Shown one piece after another: positions 11,624 to 23,900 of a stretch of 64,000 nt of DNA; within the stretch, counting starts at the first letter, position 1; each line of letters opens with the position of its first letter. The notes beneath the pieces were generated by a model. The model saw only the letters and a program-made list of their open reading frames with translations. It was not told the DNA's origin and did not search any database. The position numbers were made by a program, and so were the translations under genes. Source of the DNA: Rebecca billardiae RCC1528 (Eukaryota > Protista > Haptophyta); the NCBI GenBank assembly GCA_965240325.2, contig OZ251222.1, positions 2,170,001 through 2,234,000 on the forward strand, written 5' to 3'.

Positions 11624-13670
11624 TCCCAGAACGGCCACGTGATGCGGTCGCCCGCGGCCGGACTCGCAGGGCGCTTGGACTTGGTCGGGCCGACGATCCA
11701 CGTGCCCCTCTGCGCGAGCCATACAGCCACTGCAACGGTGACAAACCACGAGTCGGCGAACAGGACGAACCCGCGGTTCCAGGTGTTCAGCGTGAACATC
11801 TTCTGGATGAGCTGCAGCACGTAGCCACCCTCGCCACCCGAGCCCGGGACGAAGATCTCCCACGCACACGGGAAGTGCCTCTCGTCAGCCAGCAAGATGT
11901 TCTTGATCCCCCAGCGCACGGGCTTGCGAGGGATGTACACGAGCAGTTTCGACGCGCGCTTCGAGAGGCAGCGGATCATCTGCTCGTCCAGAGTCAGGTG
12001 CTGGAACCAGTTCCACGCCGCCGCAGCACGTCCAAGCAGCGCGTCGTTCAACCACCTGATCTTGCGCAGCGGATCGCCTTCGAACTCAGACGAGAGCGGG
12101 TCCATGAACGATAGCTGAGCCAGCAAGCACAGGAACCTAGGCAGGCGGGTGCCCATGGCGGCGCGCGAGCGTCGGCGACAGCCGAGCTAGATGAGGATAG
12201 TGGCGCGGTGTGTTTCCACGCGCGCGCGGGGTGGCTCGATGACGCTGCTGCGCGCACCGCTTTTGCGTCATCGCCTCGGCGATATCAGGCACGAGGTGGT
12301 CCTGTGTCCAGTAGTAACCGAGCTGAGCCAACGGGCTGACCCCCATGCGCAGCATCAGGCCGATGATCACGAGAATCTCCCAAGGTGTCGCATCCACCCA
12401 GTTCGTCACGCGCTGCTTCGCCTCGAATCTCAGTCTCTCTGGGTCCTCACGAGACAATAGTCTCCACCTCATCCGGCCATCAGGCCCCGTGTCCTGCGCG
12501 CGCGCTCGGTGTCGATAGCAGTGTCGGAAAATCAGGCATTACATTATCAGCGCAGTGCGAGTCCGCGGCCGCGCGCATTGCGCACGACAGTCGAAGCAGC
12601 GAGCCGGCAGCAGCCAGTCGGCGCATTAGGCAGCCGAGGCGTGCGGGCGAGACCGTGCCGCGCACGGCGAGGATGACACCCGCGGGGTCGTCCTTCCTTT
12701 CCTCTCGCTGGCTGACGGCGCGCCCATGTCCTATCATGGCGACGCCCCGTCGCAGCCACCCGTCGAGGACGGTCGTGCGCGGCGCTCAACCAGCCGCGCG
12801 CGCGCTGACGCTGGCTACTCACCTTCACCATCCATTGCTTCGCACGCGCGTTCGTGCAGTTCGCGATGTGCTGCAGGATCTCCGGCGTGAAGAAGAAGAG
12901 GAAGCACGCGAGCAGTACATCCTCGGGGTCGTTGTCGTCGGACACCTTCTGCGGGTCTGTCTCGTGGGCGATCAGACCCATCGTCGTGATCAAGAAGAGC
13001 ATCATGGCCCTCGTTGGCCCAGGGGCGTTCGGACCGCGGCCCGCCCTGAATGCCGGGCGCTGCCGCTCGATCTCGGCTTCGGCGTCGTCGACGCCACCGT
13101 TCTCGGTCGGCGCGGCCGGCGGACACTCGTCCACCTCCGTCCAGCCGCGCGGCAGCTCGGCGCTCGTGGGCTGCGCGCGTTCGGGGCGAGCGCCGGGCTG
13201 GGCGTGCCCTGCCCCTGCACCCGACGGCGCGGCGCCTGCGCCGCGGTGCGGCTGCGCGACCGGCTGCTTGAGGTCGCGCAGCATGCCCACGCGGCGCTGC
13301 TTGTTGCCCCACAGCTCCCCGTCGGCCACGACGATCGCAGAGCCTCGCGCGCGCGGCAGGCACGTGCTCAGCGGCCCACCGCACATAGTGGGCAGCGGGT
13401 CCACCCGCGGCTGCTTCGCGCGGCCGCGGCTGCTGCTGCGCTGCGCGCTGTTGCCGCTGCCGCCGCCGCCGCGGCGCGCGATGACGTCGAGGCAGATGTC
13501 GAGCGAGAAGCTCGGTGCGCCGCCCGACGCCAGCTCGGTCGCCGCCTTGTACATGTCCGTCTTGTACTTGAACGCCGTCTCAGCGGTCGCGCGCTTGGTG
13601 AGAAACGCCGGCCACTGCTGCCCCGCGCGAGCCACCGCCTGCTCGAGCACGGCGAATTGGCGCTCCGTCT
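10612..13670 (-). CDS. piggyBac transposase (DDD), spliced, apparently 5'-truncated
   Basis: FFFTPEILQHIANCTN, DPLRKIR, LDEQM, YIPRKPVRWGIK, FADSWF, WRDTK, MGVIDRID, C-terminal Cys-rich CxxC..CxxC..LC..C..H. Introns 12494-12822, 12137-12257 and probably 10983-11090. Frame is open up to the arm junction at 13670; first in-frame ATG 13554. Confidence 0.88.
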
Positions 13671-15399
13671 ATTCCTATCCGGCGTGAGCGAGTGCATCGC
13701 GCGCGGCTGGCGGCGCACTGCTAGCTGTGCTATCGCCGGCTGCCGGGCGCTGCTGTATGCCACTGTCTGGCGCGACACGAAGATGTTCACCCTGCTGTAC
13801 ACAGCGTACCAGTCGAAGGCGCCGGTGAGCGTACGGCGCTGGGACAAACAAGAGGGCAAGTACCGCTACTTCTCCTCGTTCATCGCCCAGCGCGTGTACG
13901 CGAGGCGCATGGGCGTCATCGACAGGATCGACAGGGAGCAGAGCGGCATGCACGTGCGTCAGAATCGAGTCGGCGAGCGCTGGCAGCGCTCTATCTTCTG
14001 GCACCTGGTGGGGCTGATGGCACTGGCCGCCAAGGCTGTATTCGAGTGCGTGTGCGCGCGGCACAAGGAGCTTGGGCGTGACGGCGTTCACTACAGCACG
14101 AGGTGGCAGACGACGCTCGGCCGTAAGACCACTGCGCACGGCACGCACAGGCACATGGAAGCCACCGGGGAGGACATCCCACACTTCATGCCAAAGTTGC
14201 CGGGTGAGCTGCAGCGCGCGCTCGGCGCGCGCGCATCCGCGCAAGCCGGTCAGCGCGCATGCCTCACTCGTGCGTGCGCGCCATGCTTCCTCGTGGGTGC
14301 GTTCCGCGCAGGACGGAAGCCGCGTGCGCCGGTCGTCTCTGCCCGACCTCGCAGATGCCAGTTGGTGCAAGCCGCATCTGTGCGGCGCGAGCCAGGCAGT
14401 GAGAAGTTCCTCTCGCAGCTGAGTGATTGCGTGCAGTGTTTCAAGCACGCCGACATCACGGGCGACTCCTCCATGCGCAAGGGGAGGTCCAAGCCGGCCA
14501 GCCACCCGACTGACCCTGGCGGGAGCATCCGTCAGACCAGGCGCGCGTGCGCCGGCTGCCGCGTCCACCTATGCCCCGAGTGCTACGAGAAGTACTACGA
14601 CCACAACAAATGTCGCGCCCGCCCGCTGCAAGAGGTGACATTCACGACCGTGTGCGGCCGCACGCAGCGCCTGTCTCTGTAGCGTGCTGCACGCTGTGCG
14701 TCCGCCATGCTGCGGTCAGAACGCGGGATTTCGCGCCAAGATGCCGTCGTCTGTTACCGAAACAGGTAACTGCTTTCCCCGACAAACCGTCGCCTGGCCA
14801 CGTCGTTCGCGCCCAGATTGGACGATGTCGCGACCGCCGCTACGACGGCCCGACGCACGCTCTGCGGCGCGCGATGGCGCGGCGCGGGCAGCAGCACACA
14901 CGCCGTGGGGTCTCTTGCGATATGTCGTGCGACACGCGCCCCTCTCCGCCGCGGCCAGGCCTCGGTCAGCTCGCACGGGCCGCGCGTTCCCAACGCCGTG
15001 AACGCCGCCGTGCACGTGACACGCGAGCCGACCGGTGATGATGCTGAGAGGGCGGAGCTGCAAGGCCGGCACGCCCTTGAGTGGAGTGTAGGCAGCCTGG
15101 CCTGCGCCTCCGAGCGCGCCGCTCGCCTCGACGCGCCCTGTCAGGCGCCCACGAGTCGCCCCGGCCGGTCGTCCCGTCTCGGCCGAGTGCTGTCGACGCG
15201 TACGCTGAAGACCTCCTGCTGATGCCGGCCCCTGGAGCGACCAGATCGCATGATGGCCGTCACACCCCGCTGGTGGCCTTGACGCCAGCTCAGCTGCGGT
15301 GGACGCAACGGCCATCCCGACCCCATCCCGGCCCGTATATAGGCGTGATCAACGGTCGACTCCGGCCGAAGACATTTTGAAGACAAGCCGGACTACGGG
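13671..15399 (+). repeat. Right inverted arm: duplicate of transposase 3' part (13671-14682) plus 3' terminus
   Basis: Mirror of 9895-11623; carries only the third catalytic Asp and the Cys-rich domain. Confidence 0.95.
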
Positions 15400-15522
15400 T
15401 TATTGAGACTCAGAGCCGTCCGTGATGTACAACGGTCTTCGCGTTGCACCCTCCACCGGCCGTCGTCCGGGGCGGGCAGCGCACCGTGCGCCTCGACGAG
15501 GAGGAAGGAACCGCCCGCACTG

Positions 15523-17427
15523 ATGGACGAAACCAGCGCCGCGGTGAAGCTGCTTCGGCGCAGATCGGCGCGAGGTGACGCGCGTGCCACGTGCCTTCTG
15601 GCTGATCGCCTCGTACGTGGAGACGGTGTCGCTCAGAACGAGCGCGAGGCGACGCGCCTGTACAACATCGCCGCCGATCGCGGGCTTGCGGAAGCTCAGC
15701 TCAGACTTGGCGACTTCAATCATCGGGGCCTGTTTGGGCTGGACCGAGATGTCATCAATGCGGTGCGCTGGTATCGGCTGGCGGCTGAGCAGGGCAACGC
15801 ATCAGCGCAGTACAATCTGGGCTTGTGCTTCCAGATGGGCGAGGGCGTGCCGCAGGACTGTGCCGAAGCGGTGCGCTGGTACCGGTCGGCGGCCGAGCAG
15901 GGCCATACGAGAGCGCAGTACAATATGGGCATGTGCTGCAAGGACGGCGAGGGCGTGCCGCAGGACATGGCTGAAGCGGTGCACTGGTTCCGGCTGGCGG
16001 CCGAGCAGGGCTTTGCTGATGCGCAGTGCAATCTGGGCGGGTGCATTGCGAAGGGCGCGGGCGTGCGGCGGGACGTGGCCGAGGGGGCGCGCTGGTATCG
16101 GCTGGCCGCCAAGCAGGGCTGCGCGAACGCGCAGTACAATCTGGGCATGTGCTGCCACAAGGGCGACGGCGTGCCGCAGGACTGGGCGGAGGCGGTGCGC
16201 TGGTACCGGCTGGCAGCCGAGCAGGGCCACGCAATGGCGCAGGACAATCTGGGCGTGTGCTGCGAGAAGGGCGAGGGCGTGCCGCAGGACTGGGCGGAGG
16301 CGGTGCGCTGGTACCGGCTGGCAGCCGAGCAGGGCTTTGCGAATGCGCAGTACAATATGGGCGGGTGCTGCGCGAACGGCGAGGGCGTGCCGCAGGACTG
16401 GGCGGAGGCGGTGCGCTGGTACCGGCTGGCCGCCGAGCAGGGCCATGCGGATGCGCAGTACGAGCTGGGCGTGTGCTGCACGAACGGCGAGGGCGTGCCG
16501 CAGGACTGGGCGGAGACGGTGCGCTGGTACCGGCTGGCCGCCGAGCAGGGCTTTGCGAATGCGCAGTACAATCTGGGCATGTGCTGCCAGAACGGCGAGG
16601 GCGTGCCGCAGGACTGGGCGGAGGCGGTGCGCTGGTACCGGCTGGCAGCAGAGCAGGGCCACGCAATGGCGCAGAACAATCTGGGCATGTGCTGCCACAA
16701 GGGCGACGGCATGCCGCAGGACTGGGCGGAGGCGGTGCGCTGGTACCGGCTGGCAGCCGAGCAGGGCCAGGCAACTGCACAGTGCAATCTGGGCGTGTGC
16801 TGCGAGAAGGGCGAGGGCGTGCCGCAGGATGTGACGGAGGCGATGCGCTGGTACCGGCTGGCCGCCGAGCAGGGCCATGCGGATGCGCAGTACGAGCTGG
16901 GCGTGTGCTGCGCGAACGGCGAGGGCGTGCCGCAGGACTGGGCGGAGGCGGTGCGCTGGTACCGGCTGGCGACCGAGCAGGGCTTTGCTAATGCGCAGTG
17001 CAGTATGGGCTTGTGGTGCGAGATTGGCGGGGACATGGCCGAGGCGGCGCGCTGGTACCAGCTGGCTGCTGATGGTGATCAGCCACGTGCAATGTCCCAG
17101 CTTGGGCGGCTGATGCTGGCGGGCGAGGGCGTGGAGCGCGATGTGATTGAGGGCGCACGGCTGCTGCGCCGTGGGCACGAGCTCGACAGCACTCTCGACC
17201 CCTGTGTAGTGCTCATCGCCCGGTTTGCAGGGGTGCGCGAGGTCGTGTCCAAGTGCTGCCTCGTGTGCGCCAAGACACGGCCTGGCTTGAAGAAGTGCGA
17301 CCGATGCCATGTGGCAGCGTTCTGCTCACACGACCACCTGGTGCGCGCGTGGAAGGCACACAAACCGCACTGTAAGGAGTGGCGGCATCAGGGACACTCA
17401 GACCCCATCAACGGCAACGAGGTCTAA
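15523..17427 (+). CDS. Sel1-like repeat protein with C-terminal MYND zinc finger
   Basis: About 14 36-aa repeats AQYNLGxCCxxGEGVPQDWAEAVRWYRLAAEQG; MYND CLVC..KKCDRC..FCS.DH...W..HKPHC; intronless. Confidence 0.92.
   Translation: MDETSAAVKLLRRRSARGDARATCLLADRLVRGDGVAQNEREATRLYNIAADRGLAEAQLRLGDFNHRGLFGLDRDVINAVRWYRLAAEQGNASAQYNLGLCFQMGEGVPQDCAEAVRWYRSAAEQGHTRAQYNMGMCCKDGEGVPQDMAEAVHWFRLAAEQGFADAQCNLGGCIAKGAGVRRDVAEGARWYRLAAKQGCANAQYNLGMCCHKGDGVPQDWAEAVRWYRLAAEQGHAMAQDNLGVCCEKGEGVPQDWAEAVRWYRLAAEQGFANAQYNMGGCCANGEGVPQDWAEAVRWYRLAAEQGHADAQYELGVCCTNGEGVPQDWAETVRWYRLAAEQGFANAQYNLGMCCQNGEGVPQDWAEAVRWYRLAAEQGHAMAQNNLGMCCHKGDGMPQDWAEAVRWYRLAAEQGQATAQCNLGVCCEKGEGVPQDVTEAMRWYRLAAEQGHADAQYELGVCCANGEGVPQDWAEAVRWYRLATEQGFANAQCSMGLWCEIGGDMAEAARWYQLAADGDQPRAMSQLGRLMLAGEGVERDVIEGARLLRRGHELDSTLDPCVVLIARFAGVREVVSKCCLVCAKTRPGLKKCDRCHVAAFCSHDHLVRAWKAHKPHCKEWRHQGHSDPINGNEV
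15760..17010 (+). repeat. 108-bp coding tandem repeat (Sel1 units)
   Basis: Near-identical blocks ggcgtgccgcaggactgggcggaggcggtgcgctggtaccggctggc recur every 108 nt. Confidence 0.9.
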
Positions 17428-17952
17428 ATCTCTACTGATGAATGTCTCGCTGTGCACTGCCCGGCGTGCTTCGGCACATGCAACTACGACGATGATGAAT
17501 CTGTATCGCATGACGTCCGATGCCCACTGTTTTTTTTTAAATTCCCCTTTATAACGGGCTCCGGGTGATCAGGCTGGCGGCCGAAGCTGTGACGGGCGGC
17601 TTATCCGCGCTGAGCGAGTGCGGAGTGGCGCGCGCGCGACTCGGGCAGCGAATCAAGTTCGATCGTTGCAAATCAACGGACATCGATCACCTGGGAGCCA
17701 GAGCCGCAGAGGGCCTGAGACTCGTCGTTGTCACTAAGCTACGGGCCGCGCCGTCTGCTCGCGGGCGCGGGTGTGCGCACGAGCTCGCGCTTGGCTGACG
17801 GCTCAGCGAGTAGTTCGCGAAGCCTGGCGCACGCCAAGGTGCCGGCGGCTGCGGCGAACGCACCGCGCACGTCGTCATCATTGTCGTCGTTTCGGCGGAA
17901 GCTTTGTCTGCATCAAGTATCAAGTCGTATCAACGACTGTGAGTACTGACGA

Positions 17953-20900
17953 CTATGATCCAGTAGCAGGATCGATTTCGTCGATGCGACTCGTCCGCGC
18001 GTGGTTGGCCGCGTTGGAGTCCTCGCCGTCCGCCGGTGCCGTCCCGAAGTCGGCCTCCAGCAGCGACTCGAGCGGCTGCGCCAGCGCCGCCTCGAACTGA
18101 GCCACGCGCACGACCTGCGTGGAACACAGCGCGCGCAGGTGGCACGGGCTGTCAGGCATGCGCGCGGCGATGCGGTCTCCGCAGCCGACCGGAACGCGCT
18201 CGAACACGGCGGCGCGCACGGCAGCGCGGCGCGCGCGGAGCTGCGCACCTTCTTCGACAGCCCCGCCGTCAGCGTGGTGGCGAAGTCGCCCAGCTCGGCG
18301 CGCCACTCCGTGAGCGCGGGCTGCACGTCCGTCGTCATTTGCCTGTACCGCTCCGGCCGCCCCGCCGCGTACTGCTTGAGCCGCGGCCACAGCTCCGGCT
18401 GCTCTTCGCTGAGCACGGCGCCGCGCGCGCGCTCGGCGCGGCTCGCCTCCTCGACGAGCTCTCGGGCCGCGCGCGCCTCGCCCGCTGCGCCGCCCACCCA
18501 CGCGCGCACCGTGCGCACGCCATCCAGCAGCTGGCGCGTGCGCGCGAGCTGCGCCGCCTGCTGCTCGGCGCGCGCCTCCTCCAGGTGATCGATCGACGAG
18601 GCGTGGCGCGGCTGGCCGGTGCCGCGCGTCGCGCCCTTCGCCTGCAGCATGCTGCGGACCACCTCGATCTCGGCGCCGACCTCGCGCAGCGCGTCGTCCA
18701 GCGGCGTGTGGCCCATCCGGTCCTCCGCGTCGAGAGCGAGCGAGCGCTGCGCGAGCAGGAAGTGGCACGCGGACACGCTCGAGTTGGAGGCTGCGAGGTG
18801 GAGCGCGGTGCGCCCGCCGCCCGCGTCCGCCGCGTTCACGCGCACGCCGTGCGCGACGAGCCGCTGCAGCGTGCGCACGTCGTCCTTGGCGGCGGCGAGG
18901 CACATGGCGTGCGCGCCGTCGAACGAGCCCATGTGCGCGCCGCTCGCGAGGAGCACCTCGGAGACGTGGTCGTGCCCCACGTGGAACGCGTCGCTCAGCG
19001 GCGTGCGCCCGACGCGGTCGGCCGCGTTGGCGTCGGCGGCGTGCTCGAGCAGCAGCTGCACGTGTTGCGCGTGCCCGGCCGCCGCCGCGACGTGGAGCGC
19101 GGTGCGCTCGTCGAGGTTGACGAGGCTGGCGTCGGCGCGGAAGCGCAGGAGGTACTGCAGCCTGCTCGCCGCGCTGCTGTCCGCCGCGGCGGCGCACAGC
19201 TCGTCGATCAGCTCGGCCGAGTCGAGCTCGGCGCCCGCTTCGAGCAGCGCGCGCGCGGTCTCGTCGTGGCAGCGGCGCTGCGCGTCGTGCAGAGGCGTGC
19301 GGCCGTGCCGGTCGCGCACGTTCACGTCGGCGCCCACGCTGAGCAGCAGGCGAACGACGGCGAGGCGGCCGTGCGACGCGGCCACGTGCAGCGGCCGCCG
19401 CTCGTCGTAGTCCCCCCGATTCACCTCCACGCTCCGCGCGCCTAGCAGCCGGCGCACCTTGCCGACGTCGCCCGCGGCGCACGCGCCGCACATCTGCACC
19501 GTGTGCAGGCCGCTGCGCCGCTTCTTCGCGTTGGCGACGATCTGGCGCCGGGCGGGGCGGGGGCCGCGCCGGCGCGCGTGAGCGCGGGGCGCGGGGCTTC
19601 GCGCGCGCGCGCGGCACGGCGCGCGCGCGCGGCACGGCGCGCGCACACCCGCTGGATGGCGTTGATGCTCGCCGACTCCTCCACCGCGCCCGTCGCGCGC
19701 GTGCCGTCGGACAGCGCGGAGCGGCCCGACTCTGACGCCGGCCCCGCGCTCGAGCCCAAGGCGGAGCCCGAGCGCGCGGAGAAGCGGGAGCGGCCGGAGC
19801 GCGCGGTGAGCGCGCCAGAGTGCTCGGCCATCGCGTTGTCCATGATCACGTCCTCCTGGTTGGGGAACGCCTTGAGCAGCAGCCGGTACTTCTCCGCCTG
19901 TGCGCCGCGCGCGCACGCACGCGCATACGCGCACGCAGCCGGGGGCGCGGATGGGAGGGAGAAGGGCACGGACGCCGCCGCGCGCCGCGCGCTCGGCGCC
20001 GCGCGCGAGCGCGCACGCACCGAGAGCACGAAGAGGCGCGTCTCCGCATCGGAGGTGGTGCGCGCGGTCTCGATGTGCCGCATGCCGAACACGAAGGGCA
20101 GCTCGCCCACCGTCTCGCCCGGCAGCGCGGTGTGGCTCAGCTCGCCGCCGCCCTCGCCCTCGTCCAGCACGTCGACCGCGCCCGCCTCGATCACGAACAG
20201 CTCCTTGCACGGCTCGGCCGCCCGGAAGAGAATGAGCTCGGGCTCGACGGCGCGCTCGCGCATCAGCGAGGAGAGGCGGTCGATGAAGCCGTCGGAGCAG
20301 CCGCGGAGCAGCGCGGTGGAGGCGACGAGCCCGCGGTTCGTCGAGCGCGACACCTCCACCTGCAGCACGATCGGCAGCGAGTCGTAGATGGCGTCGTCGC
20401 GCACGGCCGAGAGCGAGGCGTCGCGCAGCCGCGCGTGGAAAAAGGCGCCGATCGCGTCTTTGAGCGGCGCGGGCACGCGCACGTGCGAGAGGTAGGAGTG
20501 GACGAGCTCGAGCTGCGCGCGCTTCTGCACGATCTCGTCGTCCTGCTTCATCACGAGCGCCGAGATCTGGCCGACCACCCACGCGTAGATCGTGATGTTG
20601 AGCAGCAGGAAGAGCAAGAAGCAGAGCACCTCGCCAAAGTTGGCGGGCACCTGGCCGAGCCCGAGCGTCGTCACCGTCGACCAGACAAAGTACGAGCAGA
20701 TGGCGTACTTGCGCACGAGGCGCGGGCCGGGCTCGGAGAAGGGCGGCGCGTCGGCGGGGTCGGTGCCCGGGTGCGCGGGCACGGTGCCGCCCACCGCCGC
20801 CGCGTCGGCCGCGTACTGCTCCGGCCACGCGGGCGCGAGCGCCGCCGCCAGGCGCGAGTAGCCAAACACGGCAAACACGCACGTGCACACGTGCGCGGCG

Positions 20901-23900
20901 AGCGCGAGGATGGTCAGGTAGTGCACGAGGCCACGGAGGAGGTTGTCGTCGGCCTTGTTGCGCGTCCACGCCTTGTACGCGCGCCACACGTACCGCGCGT
21001 TGATCAGCCGCGTCAGCCGCAGCCCGAGCACGACGACGGGCTGCGCGTCGAGCGCCAGGGCGAACAGGTCCTGCGGCCACGCAGCCACCATGTCCCAGCC
21101 AAGCTCGGTCGCCATGTAGTTGCGCGTGATCTGCGCCGGGTCCCACACCGTGACCGAGCTCTCGTTGACGTACGTCGTGCGGAAGCGCAGCGCAATGCGC
21201 AGCAGATAGAAGGCGCTCAGCGCGTGGTTGTGCGGGCCGAGCCACCAGCCGAGCGCCGACGCCTCGTCGAAGAATGCCAGCTGCAGCGGCATCAGCACGA
21301 CTTCCCACGCGCTCAGGCCGAGGAAGAGGCGCTCGACGCAGAAGCTCGCCAGGCCGTCGTGCCGCAGGAGGAGGCAGGCGCGCGCGTCGCCCGCGGCGCC
21401 GAGCTCGGCGCCGCCCTCCGAGCTGCCGCCGCCGCCGCCGCCGCCGCCGGCCGCGCGGGCGCGCGCGCCCTCCGCTGAGCGCACCGCGGCCGCGCGCGTG
21501 CGCACAGCGCCCACGTACTCCGACCAGGAGGCCGCCGCCGGCTGCGGTGGCGGCGGCTGGGCGGAGGATGCCTTCGCGCCGGGCGTGGCGGCCGGGGTGC
21601 GCGTGGGCGCGCCGCCGCCGCCCGCGAGCTTGCGCTCCGGCAGCACGTGCGCGTCGAGCTGCTCGGCCGACCACGCGAGCCACGCGCGCCGCCATTCGAC
21701 CGATGGAACGTGCGCTGGCTGGGCGGCAACCGGCCCGCCCGCCCCGCCGTCCGCGCCCGCCTCGGCCAGGCCGACGGCGTTCGCCTCGGCGGTGGCGGTG
21801 AGCTGCCCCGAGTCGATGCGCCGCTGCAGCGCGTCCGCGAGCGCGCCGAGCGCCGACGCCGAGCCCAGCGCCTCGCCAAGAGCCTTTGCGGCCGCCGACT
21901 CCTCAGCGGAGCCAGCCGTGGCCGCGCCGCCGCCCGCGCCCGCGCTGGGCTCGCCAGCTTTGCCCGGTGCCGGCGTGGCGCCGGCCGAGGCGCCGACGAG
22001 CATGGTGCTGAGGCTGGCCCTGCGCATGCCCGCGCCGCCGCCGCCTCCGTCCGCGCCGCCCTGCTCGCCAGCCGGCTTGTGCAGCGAGCTCAGGTTGATC
22101 ACCAGAGCTCCAGCCGCGGCGGCGTCCGTGCCGGCGGGCGCGGCCGGGGCTGCGCCGCCTCGCGCCTCCTCCGCCTCCTCCTCAGCCCGGCTCGCCAGCA
22201 CCCACGACGCGGCGCCGGCCATGAACTGCGGCGCCGTCAGGCGCCTCAGCCGTGGCGCACGCGCCGCCCCGTCCTCCTGCTCGCCGTCCTGACCGAGCGC
22301 CGAGGCGAGCTGGCTCAGCCCGGAGGAGCGGCGGCGGAGGCTGGCGTTGCCACCGCCGATCCCACCGCCGAGGCTGGGGTGCCGCCTGCGCGCGCCGGGC
22401 GTGCCGCCGAGCCCGCCCTCGTCCGCGTGCCGCAGGCGAGAGCCAGGCGTGCCAAACGACCCGCCGTCGGAAGGGTTGGCGCGCGCCGACACGCTCCCTG
22501 CGCGCGCGCGCCCGCCTCGCGCGCGAGCGCCGCCCGCGCTCGCGCGCGCGCCCGCGAGCGAGGCGAGCTCGAGCAGGTGGCGCAGCAGCGACTTGATGTC
22601 GTCGCCGCCCATCTCTCCGAGCCGCCCCTGCAGCGAGCGCACGTCGCGGATGCGGATCACGCGCTCGCCGCGCCGGTCGAAGCACGCGAAGAGGTCGCGC
22701 AGGAAGCTGGCCGCGTCGACGAGCTCGGCGGGCGGCCCGGGCGGAGCCGACGCGCCGACGGAGCGGTCCGAGGCGCGAGAGGCGCGGCCGCCGCACGCCA
22801 CCCCGACCGCACGCAGCGGCGTGGCGAGCAGCTCCTCGGTCTCGGCCACGCCGATTGGCGTGCCGGCGATCGGCGCGGCGCCCACGCCCCCTTCGACGCC
22901 GCTCACGACGCGCGTGGCCTGAGCCACCGAGCCGCTGCACCGCTGCGCGGACTCGGCGTGCGAGCGCGCCTTGCTCGCGCCTGCCCAGCGCGCGAGGCGC
23001 GCGCTTCGAGACTCGTCCACGGCCGTGGGGCTGGTGGCGCCAGGCCCGGCCGGTTGCGCTCCGGTCGGCGTCGAGCGATCGTCGCGACGCTCGCCCGTCG
23101 GCGTGCTGCGACGCGTGCGCCGCCGCGACTCGGAGGAGCCCAGATCGACGGAGCCGCCGTCTGTCGAGGTCTGATGCGACGGGAGTGGCGGCCCGGCGCC
23201 GCCGCCCGTCACGCCCGCGCTGCGACGGCCTGCCGTTGGGGTGAGCCGCTGGAGCAGGGACACGACCGTGGGGGAGGGCAGCGACGAGGGTGCCCAATCC
23301 GGCGGCGCGGGCGCGCCCTCCGCGCTGTCGGGCTCCACAATGCGCGAGCCGCACGGGCTGCGCACGCCCGCCGCCCGGCTGGCCGAGCAGCGCGCCCACT
23401 GCGACGCCGCCGGGCTGACCTCGCCCGAAGAGAAGAGCGCGCCGCCGCGGCTCCGCCGGCTTCGGAATCGGCCGCTCAGGCTCGTGTCGCTCATCGCGCT
23501 GTCGTCCCGCCCGACCCGCGGCGCGTCGGGCGGAACGATCGGCGGCCGCGTGAGCGCGCGCACCAACGACTCTGAGAGAAAGAGACAGACAAACCCCGCG
23601 TGAGAGAGGAACAGCCAAGGCAGCTCGGCGTCGGGCTCGGCCCAGGCGAGCGCGCTCGAGCCCGCGGCGCTGGCGGGCGTCGCCCCGGCGAAGAGCGGAC
23701 GCGCGAGCGCCGGCTCCGGGCCAGCAGCGGCCGCAGCGGCCGCCTCGCGCCAGAGCGAACCGCCGTCGGGCGCGTCCGCGGCCGAGCCCGCGCTCGGCGA
23801 GCCCGCCAGGTGTGCCGCGCCACCCGCCCCGGCGCCGCGCGAGGCCGCGCCGCCCTCGGCGAGGCCTGCGACGCGGACACCAGGCCCGCACAGCAGGGCG

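Larger units (their letters stand above)
9895..15399. mobile_element. piggyBac-superfamily DNA transposon with 1729-bp inverted arms and TTAT target-site duplication
   Basis: Starts CCCGTAGTCCGG, ends CCGGACTACGGG; TTAT directly repeated at 9891-9894 and 15400-15403; encloses a piggyBac transposase. Confidence 0.92.

Noticed and set aside
12385-14682. 765-aa plus-strand ORF ending in a transposase C-terminus
   Set aside because: Chimeric: antisense of the transposase fused at the arm junction; lacks two catalytic Asp.
15760-17010. Regular repeats resembling a CRISPR array (also 61591-61743)
   Set aside because: Coding Sel1 units or a minisatellite with recurring spacers; eukaryotic context, no cas genes.
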